A stretch of 64,000 nucleotides of DNA, from assembly GCA_002269645.1 (NCBI GenBank), contig NIVC01000753.1:248001-312000 (forward strand), in the 5' to 3' direction. This document shows positions 38,001 to 50,608 of the stretch, in pieces. Numbering within the stretch: the stretch's first letter is position 1; each line of letters begins with the position of its first letter. The notes under the pieces are model-generated. The model saw nothing but the letters and a program-made list of their open reading frames with translations, was not told where the DNA came from and ran no database searches. The DNA is from Macrostomum lignano (taxonomy: Eukaryota). Both the position numbers and the translations under genes were made by a program.

Positions 38001-38707
38001 CACAAATATGTTTGACATGGTGGCTTTTTAATGCTTGACATGGTGGCTCGTTTATGTTTGGCATGGTGGCTCTTTAATGTTCGACATGGTGCCACTGATA
38101 TTTTTGACATTGTGCTTCTTTTATGTTTAGCAGTTTCATGTTTTCAAGGTGTTTTAATAAAAAAATTATTTTGCACTACTAAGATTCGAACCCAGGTCGC
38201 TACATTAGCATTCCAGTCTGTTCGCATCTGGGCTATCTCTTTTCAATTGGAGTACATCAATTGTGGCCCTTATAATTCAATTCTTACAGCAAGTCAATTA
38301 GAGTAAAAAGTTATGACATAATCAATTTCTCAGTCAGCCAGTATCAGTCTCAGTTCAAGTTAGCAATATTGGTTACGCAATTTAAATCAAGTCGTGTGTG
38401 CATTTCTTCGGCACTGTTTTCTACTTGTTGTGATGCAATCTTTATCAGAATTGAAATTCAGCCAGTCAGTTTTTTCTCTAGCATTCTTACAATGCATTTC
38501 AAGTCGAAAATTTTGCTTGACCTTTGCAAAAAAGCATGTTTTTCGAATATTTAATCCCTTTAATATATAGCAATTTCTTAGCCAAGATGCATGTACCGTC
38601 CCAGGAGAATTTCTGATCGAATGGTGCAAGTTTGAAGAAAATCGGTTGAGCCATTTTTTCTGAAATCTATCGCATACCCACAGACAACTCATTTTTAGTA
38701 TATAGGA
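35017..38707 (-). mobile_element. Non-autonomous Helitron, family 1, unit B (3.7 kb)
   Basis: 5' TCCTATATACTAAAAATGAG; 3' hairpin CCCCC-AAC-GGGGG plus GCGAAGATTGCTAG; 18-bp array and 23-bp array (35530-38120). Confidence 0.82.
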
Positions 38708-41700
38708 CTAGCAATCTTCGCCCCCCGTTGGGGGACATCTGGATAGAATCTCTGTTCTCTACAAGTAACAAAAAGACAGCCAAATAAAGCCTTCACAAAG
38801 ACGACAGACAAACTGCTCAAAAAAAGTGTAATGCAAAAAGAAATCATCCCCCAGATAGCAAGCATCCCCCAGATTGCAAGCATCCCCAGATAGCAAGCAT
38901 CCCCCAGATTGCAAGCATCCCCCAGATAGCAAGCACCCCCCAGATTGCAAGCATCCCCCAGATAGCAAGCACCCCCCAGATTGCAAGCATCCCCCAGATA
39001 GCAAGCATCCCCCAGATTGCAAGCATCCCCCCTCCCGGATAGCAAGCATCCCCCGGATAGCAAGCATCCCCAAATAGTAAGCATCCACCATACAATAAGT
39101 AGCTAGTGCTACAATTTCCTTAGCTATAGTGGCTCCTTTAAAATTAGCATGACGCTTACTTTTACGTTTGAAATTGTGTAAATTTTATGTTTGACATGGT
39201 GGCTCTTTAATGTTTGACATAGTGGCTCTTTTATGTTCTACATGGTGGCTCTCTTATGTTTGATTCGGGGTTTTTTTAATGTTTGAAATAGTGGCTCTTT
39301 TATGTTTGACATGGTGGTTCTTTTATGTTTGACATGGTGGCTGTTTTATGTTTGACATGGTGGCTCTTTAATGTTAGACATAGTGGCTCTTTAATGTTTG
39401 ACATGGTGGCTCTATAATGTTAGACATGATGGCTTTTTAATGTTCGACATCGTGGCTCTTTAATGTTCGACATGGTGGCTCTTTAATGTTCGACATGGTG
39501 GCTCTTTTATGTTCGACATGGTGGCTCTTTTATGTTTGACATGATGGCTCTTTTATGTTTGACATGGAGTCACGTATATGTTTGACATGGTGGCTCTTTA
39601 ATGTTTGACATGGTGGCTCTTTAATGTTAGACATGGTGGCTCTTTAATGTTAGACATGGTGGCTCTTTTATGTTTGACATGGAGTCACGAATATACTTGA
39701 CATGGTGACTCGTTATTGTTCGACATGGTGGCTCTTTAATGTTAGACATGGTGGCTCTTTAATGTTAGACATGGTGGCTCTTTAATGTTTGTCATGATGG
39801 CTCTTTAATGTTTGACATGGTGGCTCTTTTATGCTTGACATGGTGGCTCTTTACTGTTTGACATGGAGTCACATATATGTTTGACATGGTGGCTCTTTAA
39901 TGTTCGACATGGTGTCTCTTTAATGTTTGACATGGTGGCTGTTTTATGTTTGACATGGTGGCTCTTTAATGTTAGACATGGTGGCTCTTTTATGCTTGAC
40001 ATGGTGGCTCTTTACTGTTTGACATGGAGTCACATATATGTTTGACATGGTGGCTCTTTAATGTTCGACATGGTGTCTCTTTAATGTTTGACATGGTGGC
40101 TCTTTTATGTTCGACATGGTGGCTCTTTTATGTTTGACATGATGGCTCTTTTATGTTTGACATGGAGTCACGTATATATTTGACATGGTGGCTCTTTTAT
40201 GTTCGACATGGTGGCTCTTTAATGTTTTACGTGGTGGCTTTTTAATGTTCTTCATGGTAGCTTTTTTATGTTTGACATGGAGTCACGAATATACTTGACA
40301 TGGTGACTCGTTATTGTTCGATATGGTGGCTCTATAATGTTAGACATGGTGGCTCTTAAATGTTCGACATGGTGGCTCTTTAATGTTCGACATGGTGGCT
40401 CTTTAATGTTAGACATGATGGCTCTTTAATGTTTGACATTGCGGCTCTTTAATGTTTGACATGGTGGCTCTTTTATGTTCGACATGGTGGCTCTTTTATG
40501 CTTGACATGGTGGCTCTTTAATGTTTGACATGGTGGCTCTTTGATGTTTGACATGGTGGCTTTTTTATGTTTTACATGGTGGCTCTTTAATGTTGGACAT
40601 GGTGGCTCTTTAATGTTCGACATGGTGGCTCTTTAATGTTAGACATGGTGGCTCTTTAATGTTAGACATGGTGGCTCTTTAATGTTCGACATGGTGGCTC
40701 TTTAATGTTAGACATAGTGGCTCTTTAATGTTAGACATGGTGGCTCTTTAATGTTAGACATGATGGCTCTTTAATGTTTTACATTGCGGCTCTTTAATGT
40801 TTGACATGGTGGCTCTTTTATGTTCGACATGGTGGCTCTTTTATGTTTGACATGATGGCTCTTTTATGTTTGACATGGAGTCACGTATATGTTTTACATG
40901 GTGGCTCTTTTATGTTCGACATGGTGGCTCTTTAATGTTTTACGTGGTGGCTTTTTAATGTTCTTCATGGTAGCTCTTTTATGTTTGACATGGAGTCACG
41001 AATATACTTGACATGGTGACTCGTTATTGTTCGATATGGTGGCTCTATAATGTTAGACATGGTGGCTCTTAAATGTTCGACATGGTGGCTCTTTAATGTT
41101 CGACATGGTGGCTCTTTAATGTTAGACATGATGGCTCTTTAATGTTTGACATTGCGGCTCTTTAATGTTTGACATGGTGGCTCTTTTATGTTCGACATGG
41201 TGGCTCTTTTATGCTTGACATGGTGGCTCTTTAATGTTTGACATGGTGGCTCTTTGATGTTTGACATGGTGGCTTTTTTATGTTTTACATGGTGGCTCTT
41301 TAATGTTGGACATGGTGGCTCTTTAATGTTCGACATGGTGGCTCTTTAATGTTAGACATGGTGGCTCTTTAATGTTAGACATGGTGGCTCTTTAATGTTC
41401 GACATGGTGGCTCTTTAATGTTAGACATAGTGGCTCTTTAATGTTAGACATGGTGGCTCTTTAATGTTAGACATGATGGCTCTTTAATGTTTTACATTGC
41501 GGCTCTTTAATGTTTGACATGGTGGCTCTTTTATGTTCGACATGGTGGCTCTTTACTGTTTGACATGGAGTCACATATATGTTTGACATGGTGGCTCTTT
41601 AATGTTAGACATAGTGGCTCTTTAATGTTAGACATGGTGGCTCTTTAATGTTAGACATGATGGCTCTTTAATGTTTTACATTGCGGCTCTTTAATGTTTG

Positions 41701-43959
41701 ACATGGTGGCTCTTTTATGTTCGACATGGTGGCTCTTTACTGTTTGACATGGAGTCACATATATGTTTGACATGGTGGCTCTTAAATGTTTGACATGGTG
41801 GCTCTTTAATATTCGACATGGTGGCTCTTTAATGTTTGACATGATGGCTCTTTAATGTTTGACATGGTGGCTCTTTTATGTTCGACATGGTGGCTCTTTT
41901 ATGCTTGACATGGTGGCTCTTTACTGTTTGACATGGAGTCACATATATGTTTGACATGGTGGCTCTTTTATGTTTGACATGGTGGCTCTTTTATGTTTGA
42001 CATGGTGCCTCTTTTATGTTTGACATGGTGGCTCTTTTATGTTTGACATGGTGGCTCTTTAATGTTTGACATGGTGGCTCTTTTATGTTAGACATGGTGG
42101 CTCTTTAATGTTAGACATGGTGGCTCTTTAATATTCGACATGGTGGCTCTTTAATGTTTGACATTGCGGCTCTTTAATGTTTGACATGGTGGCTCTTTTA
42201 TGTTGGACATGGTGGTTATTTTATGTTCGACATGGTGGCTCTTTAATGTTCGACATGGTGGCTCTTTAATGTTCGACATGGTGGCTCTTTTATGCTTGAC
42301 ATGGTGGCTCTTTACTGTTTGACATGGAGTCACATATATGTTTGACATGGTGGCTCTTTAATGTTCGACATGGTGGCTCTTAAATGTTCGACATGGTGAC
42401 TCTTAAATGTTCGAAATGGTGGCTCTTTAATGTTTGACATAAAGTCACATATATGTTTGACATAAAGTCACATATATGTTTGACATGGTGGCTCTTAAAT
42501 GTTTGACATTGTGGCGTTTTTTAATATCTGACATGGTGGTTCTTCTATGTTTGACATGGTGGCTCTTTAATGTTTGACATGGTGGCTCTTAAATATTTGA
42601 CATGGTGGCTTCCAAATCTTTGACATGGTGGCTCTTTAATATTCTACATGGTGGCTGTTTAATGTTCGAAATGGTGGCTCTTTTTTGTTCGACATGGTGT
42701 CTCCTAGTTGTTTGCCATGGTGGCTCTTTAATTTTTGACATGGTGGCTCTTTAATTTTTGACATGGTGGCTCTTTAATGTTCGACATGGTGGCTGTTTAA
42801 TGTTCGAAATGGTGGCTCTTTTATGTTCGACATGGTGGCTCTTTAATGTTTGACATGGTGGCTCTCTTATTTTTGACATGGTGGCTCTTTAATGTTTGAC
42901 ATTGTGGCTCTTTTATGTTCGACATGGTGGCTCTTAAATGTTTGACATGGTGGCTCTTTAATGTTTCACATGGTGGCTCTTTAATGTTTAACATGGTGGC
43001 TCTTTAATGTTCTTCATGATGTAGCTCTTTTATGTTACACATGGTGGCACTTTAACGTTCGACATGGTGGCTCTTTATGTTCGACATGGTGGATCTTTTT
43101 TGTTCTACAGGGTAACTCTTTTATGTTTGATACGGTGGCTTTTTAATGTCTGACATTTTAGCTCTTTTATGTTCGACATGGTGGCTCCTAATTGTTTGAC
43201 ATTGTCGCTCTTTAATGTTCAAAATGGTGGCTCTTTAATGTTCGAAATGGTGGCTCTTTAATGTTCGAAATGGTGGCTCTTTTATGTTTGACATGGTGGC
43301 TCTCTTATGTTTGACATGGTGGCTCTTCTATGTTTGACATTGCGCTTCTTTAATGTTTAGCAGTTTTGTTGTGTTTTTAAGGTGTTTTAATAAAAAAAAT
43401 CTTTTTGCACTACTAAGATTTGAACCCAGGTCGCTACATTAGCATTCCAGTCTGTTCGCATCAGGGCTATTTCTTTTCAATTGGAGAACATGAATTGTGG
43501 CCCTTATAATTCAATTCTTACAGCAAGTCAATTGGAGTAAAAAGTTATGACATAATCAATTTCTCAGTCAGCCAGTATCAGTCTCACTTCAAGTTAGCAA
43601 TATGGTTACGCAATTTAAATCATGTCGTATGTGCATTTCCTCGGCACTGTTTTCAACTTGTTGTGATGCAATCTTTATCACAATCGGAATTCAGTCAGTC
43701 AGTTTTTTCTATAGCATTCTTACAATGCATTTCAAGTCGAAAATTTTGCTTGACCTTTGCAAAAAAGCATGTTTTTCGAATATTTAATCCCTTTAGCATT
43801 TAGCAATTTCTTAGCCAAGATGCATGTACCGTCCCAGGAAAATTTCTGAATGAATGGTGCAAGTTTGAAGAAAATCGGTTGAGCCAATTTTTCTGAAATC
43901 TATCGCATACCTACCTACCTACCTACCCACAGACAACTCATTTTTAGTATATAGGAGGA
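38708..43959 (-). mobile_element. Non-autonomous Helitron, family 1, unit A (5.25 kb)
   Basis: 5' A|TCCTCCTATATACTAAAAATGAG (terminus at 43956 or 43959); 3' hairpin plus CTAG ending at 38708; 18-bp array and 23-bp array (39185-43345). Confidence 0.82.
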
Positions 43960-44964
43960 TGCCGGATATAGAGAGACGCTTCACTGGCCAGAGTTTGACG
44001 ACCCCTGGTACATGTAGCCGGATGTGTCAGCGCAAAAATTCTCGTACAGGACGCAAGCTGTATATAAGGTTCTAATACAGCAGTAAATGTACATCCCATG
44101 CAGATACATGTAGTCACATGTTACAATACATGTAATTCATAAACCCAAAAGAAAATTCACAAAGCCGAGTGATTTTCTTCCCAGCGCCAAAAGCAGGATC
44201 TCCTGTATCAGTCGTTGCCAGGTATGTACATGTACATGTAGATGGCGTGATGTGTCAGGTTACGTTTCAGGTCATGAATTGTAATTAAAGTGTTGCCCCC
44301 GTGCCGGGCCCACCGCGTCAATCGCTGATTTGTTCGTCACCAATCTTGCAGGAAGCTCCCAGGTTGTGTTCCACGTCATGTAGCAACGCTGTATCCTCTG
44401 TACAAACTTAATACTACAGGGAAGACCTCTGTGCTGCCCTCACAACGAAAGGCAGCTCAGCTAGGCAAGCACACCGATGTCGCAGTTCTTCGTTCCAGAT
44501 CAATCATGGAGTCAAAAGAAACCGCTGAGATAAATTAATATCAGTGATAGCAGGAGGTTCTGTTGCTTGTGCGGCAGCGGTTCGTCGAAAAATTTCAGCC
44601 TTGTATATTAGTCTTTAGCACGCCGAGCCACGGTGACAGAGCAGAAATCGCAACCGCGTTTCGTTTTTAAGGGATAGCTTTACACGAATTAGTGTTACGA
44701 AGATCAATAAATACTAAAGACTTTGGCAAAAAGTATACTGATCAAATTTTAGCTTTAAATGTGTGCGTTTCCTCTATTTAATTTGCTTACAATGATTAGG
44801 GACTATTAGTTATGACAGCTATTTGAATTGAAAACGACGGTAATTTTCTAAATTATGTTTAATTTTTTTCGCGAGTTAAACGTTTTAATCCACTAACTTA
44901 ACCAGCAAAATACTGAGCATTCTACAAGCTTGTCGCTTATATTTTACTTAATTTTTAACTTAAA

Positions 44965-45034
44965 ATGGCGCATGAAGACCGTGAAGATCGAGTTTATTTT
45001 GCCAAGCTAGCTGAGCAGGCCGAACGTTATGATG
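44965..45034 (+). CDS. YWHAE: 14-3-3 protein, epsilon type, exon 1 of 4; join(44965..45034,48573..48793,49313..49745,50609..50652), 255 aa
   Basis: MAHEDREDRVYFAKLAEQAERYD; GTAAGT donor; the joined CDS is 768 nt, in frame. Confidence 0.93.
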
Positions 45035-46139
45035 GTAAGTTTGTAAGTTTGTTTTTTACCTCAGACTTTGATTCTAGTATTGTACTGTCAATTTAGTTTT
45101 GTATTTAGAATATTTAGATTAGTATTTTCAATCTAATTTATGCAAATATTGTATGTCAACGTGTATGTGTATGTGCACATATGTGTATGTGTGTTAGGCC
45201 CCTAGTTTGTGTGCTTCTATGTTGATAATTTTTTGGAAGCTTAAGTCTTGAAGCTGTTTTTAGATTAAGCCAAGGCTGTTTGCTTGTTTGTATAAGAAAT
45301 GTAAAATTTGACACAAAATACCATATGTAATATAGGACTTAAGAAAGGAATTCATTGATGTTATTCATTGATGTCATTCATTGATGGAATTCATTGATGT
45401 AAGAAACCTGAATATGACAAAGAAGAAAAATATCAAAAAGACCCCCTTTTATACTAGAACTAAAACTATAGGAGTGCTAAAAATAAAAGCAACAAACAAA
45501 TAAGAAATTATTCTAGGCAAAATTCTTTCCTAGAAGGATTTCTAGAACTAAAAGCATTTGTAAGGACTTCAGGGAATTGTAGAATTACATCATAGTATTG
45601 AAAACACAGTGTGGAAGCATAGCACAATAACTTGATATTGTATTGTATAACCACATTGCTAAATAAATAGAGACTGGTACTGACTTGCCTAAGAAATTGA
45701 TTATATCATTACTGCTTCGTGTAACTTTTACTCAATTGACTTGGTGTCAGTGTTGAATTATAAGTGCTACAAGTTCATTTATAAGTTCAATGAGAGCTAG
45801 CCTAGATGTGAACATACTGGATTGCTAATGCAGCAACCTTGGTTTGAATTTTAGTAGTATAATAAAATAGTAGTAATGTAATTTTTTTATTTAAAGCTTT
45901 TATTAAAAAAACCTAGAATGTTGCGTTTGATGAACCAAGGATTACTGCACTTAATGAGCCAATGATTATTGCACTTGATAAACCAAGGAATACTGCACTT
46001 GATAAGCCAAGAATTATTGCACTTGATAAGCCATAGATTACTACAGTAAATTAGAAAATGATTATTGCACTAGCTGATAAACAAATTATTGCACAACCTG
46101 AGAAAGCATTTATTGCCTTAGCAAAGGTAACATTTGCAC

Positions 46140-46382
46140 TAGCTACTTGCTGTCTGGTGGATGCTTGTTATCTAAATGTTGCTTGCTATCTAGGTGGCTG
46201 CTTGCTATGAGTATTAGGGGATGCTTCCTATCTGTGGTTGCTTACTTTTGGATGGGGGTGCTTGCTATCTAGGGGGATGCTTGCTGTCTTGGGAATATTC
46301 TCTATTTAGGGGGAATGTCTGTTATCTTTGTGAAATCTATATTTTGTTGTCTGTTTGTTAGTTTTAGAAAAAAGAGATTCAT
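46140..46382 (+). mobile_element. Decayed fragment of the family-1 Helitron 3' region in 14-3-3 intron 1
   Basis: Reverse-complement 18-mer relics (GATGCTTGCTATCTAGGGGG) followed by TGTCTGTTATCTTTGTGAA…AGAGATTC, matching the reverse complement of ~19870-19945. Confidence 0.65.
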
Positions 46383-46485
46383 AGCAAATAGCATTATCCG
46401 TGACAAATTTATATGAAAAGGTGGTTTTAAAAGTGAAGAAGGAATTAATTTTTAAGAAAACGTGGTTTTTGAATTGTTTTTTATA

Positions 46486-47035
46486 GTGTTCCGCCATAGC
46501 TACGGCTACGGGATCCTATGGCAAATATGGTAAAATAGGTGCTTACGGCAGCTATAGATACACCTACAGTAGCTAGCTGCTCTTATGGCTATGACTACAG
46601 AAATATGGTAGTTGTTGTCACATTCCGTAGATTCTTGTAGCCATAGTTATTAATGTTAAAAATTGAAAAAATATTAGAAACAGGTAGAGTAAAACAAATA
46701 TACTTTTAGTAAACTGTATTATCAACATAGAAACTTATAAAATATACCTAAAAAAGTACAATAAAACACTAGCAAACTCTAATTTTTATTAATGTGAAAA
46801 AGTTTAGTGTTTCTTTTATTTTCTTATTGAATTTGCAGTTGTTTAAGCACTAGGTTATCTTCTTGATTCAAAATATTTTGTTTTTTAGACTTTTTGTTAA
46901 AACTATGGCTATGGGAACTACAGGAATATGGTAATTTTGGGGTCCCTATGGCTACAGAATATGGAGAATTGGAGTAAGCCATAGTTTTGCTTACACTACG
47001 GCTATGGTACATGGACCCTCCTTATAGCGGAACAC
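46486..47035. mobile_element. Candidate MITE with TA target-site duplication
   Basis: TA|GTGTTCCGC(C)ATA … TAT(A)GCGGAACAC|TA terminal inverted repeats; 550 bp; non-coding. Confidence 0.5.
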
Positions 47036-48572
47036 TAGTTTTCTATGAACTACTTTTGCTCCTTGCTTATTGGGTGCCCCAAAGGGAGGCCACACTAGAT
47101 TGCTAGTATATCTTATAAATGTCTATGGTTTGGAATTTCTTAGAATCATAAACATAAATACATGTATATACTTATTATTTTTTGTATGAAATATAAACTA
47201 ATTCAAGTAAAAATTAAATATTTTAGTTATAGACTTGCATAGTAGCTTTCTAGCATTAGATACATATAATAGCAAATTTTGAAATGTAGAATTAGTGTTT
47301 TTTACGAGTCCCCTAAAAGTAGGCTTAAGTCCCCTAAAAGTAGTTATTGTTACTTAAAATAATTGATGGATTAATTTCCTAGAATCAAAAAAAAATTAAA
47401 AAACATAACTTGACAAATGCCAAAATCTTATCTGTCTATACATCTTTTTTAACCAAAAATGTACTTACCTATGAAACAAACCCTAAAAAAAGTTAATGCA
47501 ATTTTGGGTAAACTGCAAGAACCTGCAATTTTTTAGGTTAAATGCCTCATCATCTAATTTGTACTACATCTATATTTTTGGGTTGGCATTTTTGCAACTT
47601 ACCTTGGCCAGAGCCCTTACTACCCAGTTGAATTGGCTAGGTGTTGGGCATATATGTATACCAATAAAGTGCACTGGTAAAGTGTATGCTAGTATTAGTA
47701 AAAATTATATGTGATTAACAATCAGAAATAATACAATGTCAACTATATATTGATAAAAAACAAAAGCTATATCTCATTTATTGCTATGCATGTAGCATTG
47801 AAAATCTCTATTGCTAAAGTTCCTAACTATGTAGAATTAAGAGTTCCTCTTACAAAAGCTTTAAAACTAGTATTATTCATTAATTTCTATTGCTCTACCT
47901 TTTATCTATGAAGTCAACGGCTTTAGTCTTTTGCCTTAATGTGGCCAATATTAGACCCCTACTCACTATGTGAAGTGAGAACTACTTATAAGAAATTTGT
48001 ATTCCTATAACTATCCATATGGCATATCTCTATGTTATCTAAAATCTCTAACTCCCTATAGCCATATCTAGGAATAGTTATAGTGGACCTCTATTTTATA
48101 TGATAAAGCAATTCTTTTATAGTTCCTAAAAGGATTATTTTATACTTCTAGGCCTAATTAGAATAGCAATTCTATTTTAAATGTCCATGGCCTACAACAG
48201 GAAAATAATATGAAGTATAATGTAAACCTAGAAATACAATACAATTACAATATTACAATTTATCTGTGGTATAAAAAATCATTTATAAAATATTTATGCA
48301 CAATTAAATTGGCCCTGAAAATTATTTTGTGGCTTGCCAAACAAACAAGGTAAAGAAATGTTTGAATTGTCACTAAATTTTGTCAAAAAAGCCAAAAATG
48401 GTTGCCATTTGGCCAATTTTGAGTCTTCCCTACACTTGGTTTGCCATAAATTTTTTCCATGTTGGCTGACAGTTGTGCATGTATAAATTATGAATGAACT
48501 TAATCTATTATCGATAGAAATAACTATTACTATTAATTAATAACCTTTATTACTCACAATGTTACCCCACAG

Positions 48573-48793
48573 AAATGGTGGAGGCCATGAAAGCTGTTGC
48601 CATGATGGATGTTGAGCTGACAATCGAGGAGCGCAACCTGCTGTCCGTGGCCTACAAGAATGTGATTGGGGCCAGACGGGCCTCTTGGCGCATTCTCAAC
48701 AGCATCGAGCAGAAAGAGGAGCGCCGTGCCAGCTCGGACAAAGCTGAACTGACCAAAAAGTTTCTTGGCCAAGTTGAAGCCGAGCTTAAAAAG
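48573..48793 (+). CDS. YWHAE: 14-3-3 epsilon exon 2
   Basis: [40 protein letters not shown]…; the VIGARRASW motif is epsilon-type. Confidence 0.95.
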
Positions 48794-49312
48794 GTTTGTT
48801 TCTTTGTGGACTTGTCACTGCACTGCTAAGCACTAGACTGCGACAGATCGCCAAGATGCAGGACTGTGCTGTGCTGTGCCATTTTGCAGTCTGATTCCAA
48901 ACTTTGAGATGAGTAAGATCTTGCAAAAAAAGTTCTAAATCAAATAAAATACCTGGTACCAGCATCCAGAAGTCTGCAGACTCCACAGATTATTTAGATT
49001 TAACAATTTATTGATAGAAGTCTTGCAATCTTTAATTATTCAAAAACTATTAATACTACAAATGAAATATGAATGGCAAAAAATGCGGAACTTTAATTAC
49101 ATTGGCATCCAGCTTGGGGAAAAAACAGGATGTCAATTTGGAGAGACAGTTTACTGTGGCAGTTTCAGGCCTTCTGAAGCTTTAGGATTTATGCTGAACG
49201 TAGCTTTTGGGTTGTAAAGTTTTAAGCTTCTATATAAAATTGGATGCTGATGCAGCGAAAGAAAATCGAGCCCTTCAAGAATCGCCGTGACCATCTATAT
49301 TCACCCTGGCAG

Positions 49313-49745
49313 GTGTGCGAGGACATCCTGGACGTGCTGGACAGCCACCTGGTCCCCAGCGCTACAGCCGAGGAGTCCAAGGTGTTCTACTACAAGATGA
49401 AAGGCGATTATCTTCGCTACATGGCCGAGTTCGCCAGCGGGCCCGAGCGGAAGGAGGCGGCCGAGAACAGCCTGACCGCCTACAAGTCCGCCACGGACCT
49501 GGCCGCCTCCAGCCTGCCATCCACGCACCCCATCAGGCTCGGCCTGGCTCTCAACTTCTCCGTATTCTATTACGAGATTCTTAACTCGCCCGATCGGGCC
49601 TGCAAACTGGCCAAGACCGCTTTTGATGACGCCATTGCCGAGCTGGACACCCTGTCCGAGGAGTCCTACAAGGACAGCACCCTCATTATGCAGCTGCTGC
49701 GCGATAATCTCACTCTGTGGACGTCCGATATGGACCGCGGAGAAG
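49313..49745 (+). CDS. YWHAE: 14-3-3 epsilon exon 3
   Basis: VCEDIL…KMKGDY…[27 protein letters not shown]…[21 protein letters not shown]. Confidence 0.96.
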
Positions 49746-49749
49746 GTGC

Positions 49750-50555
49750 GATTATCTGAAGGGGAGATTAGGCTAGAGGATTATTACCTGAGGGGAGAAT
49801 GGGCTAGAGGATTATCTGAAGAGGAGATTAGGCTAGAGGATTATCTAATGGAGAGATAAGGCTAGAGGATTATTTGGAGGGGAGATTATGCTTATCTTAA
49901 GGGAAGATTGCACTAGAGGATTATCTGAAGAGGAGATTGCACTAGAGGATTGTCTGAAGAGGAGATTGCACTAGAGGATTATCTGAAGGGGAGATTACAC
50001 TAGAGGATTATCTGAAGAGGAGATTACACTAGAGGATTATCTGAAGGGGAGATTAGGCTAGAGGATTATTACCTGAGGGGAGATTGCACTAGAGGATTAT
50101 CTGAAGAGGAGATTGCACTAGAGGATTATCTGAAGAGGAGATTGCACTAGAGGATTATCTGAAGAGGAGATTGCACTAGAGGATTGTCTGAAGAGGAGAT
50201 TGCACTAGAGGATTATCTGAAGAGGAGATTGCACTAGAGGATTATCTGAAGAGGAGATTGCACTAGAGAATTATCTGAAGAGGAGATTGCACTAGAGGAT
50301 TATCTGAAGAGGAGATTACACTAGAGGATTATCTGAAGAGGAGATTGCACTAGAGAATTATCTGAAGAGGAGATTGCACTAGAGGATTATCTGAAGGGGA
50401 GATTGCACTAGAGGATTATTATCTGAAGAGGAGATTGCACTAGAGGATTATTATCTGAAGAGGAGATTGCACTAGAGGATTATCTGAAGAGGAGATTGCA
50501 CTAGAGGATTATCTGAAGGGGAGATTACACTAAATTCACTAGAGGATTGTCTGAA
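49750..50555. repeat. 29-bp minisatellite (GAGGATTATCTGAAGAGGAGATTGCACTA)n filling 14-3-3 intron 3
   Basis: Tandem units read directly. Confidence 0.94.
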
Positions 50556-50608
50556 TTAGGCTTGCGGCTTTCGGCCTAATATCCTTCTAACCTTTAACTT
50601 CGTTCCAG

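Noticed and set aside
20510-43345. Hundreds of TTGACA hexamers resembling bacterial -35 boxes
   Set aside because: They are part of the 23-bp satellite monomer in a spliced eukaryotic locus; no prokaryotic genes are present.
15951-43959. Autonomous Helitron RepHel or other transposase gene
   Set aside because: No ORF with HUH Rep or PIF1 helicase motifs appears in the six-frame track.
44300-44620. Possible coding fragments on the minus strand upstream of 14-3-3
   Set aside because: All frames are interrupted by stops within about 30 codons and contain no recognisable motif.
49244-49312. N-terminal extension MLMQRKK… of the 14-3-3 ORF in the track
   Set aside because: Intronic; homology begins at the CAG acceptor (49313), in phase with exon 2.
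50581-50608. CCTTTAAC near the 14-3-3 exon 4 acceptor as a second U12 branch site
   Set aside because: The donor is GTGCGA, not GTATCCTT, and a normal polypyrimidine tract is present.
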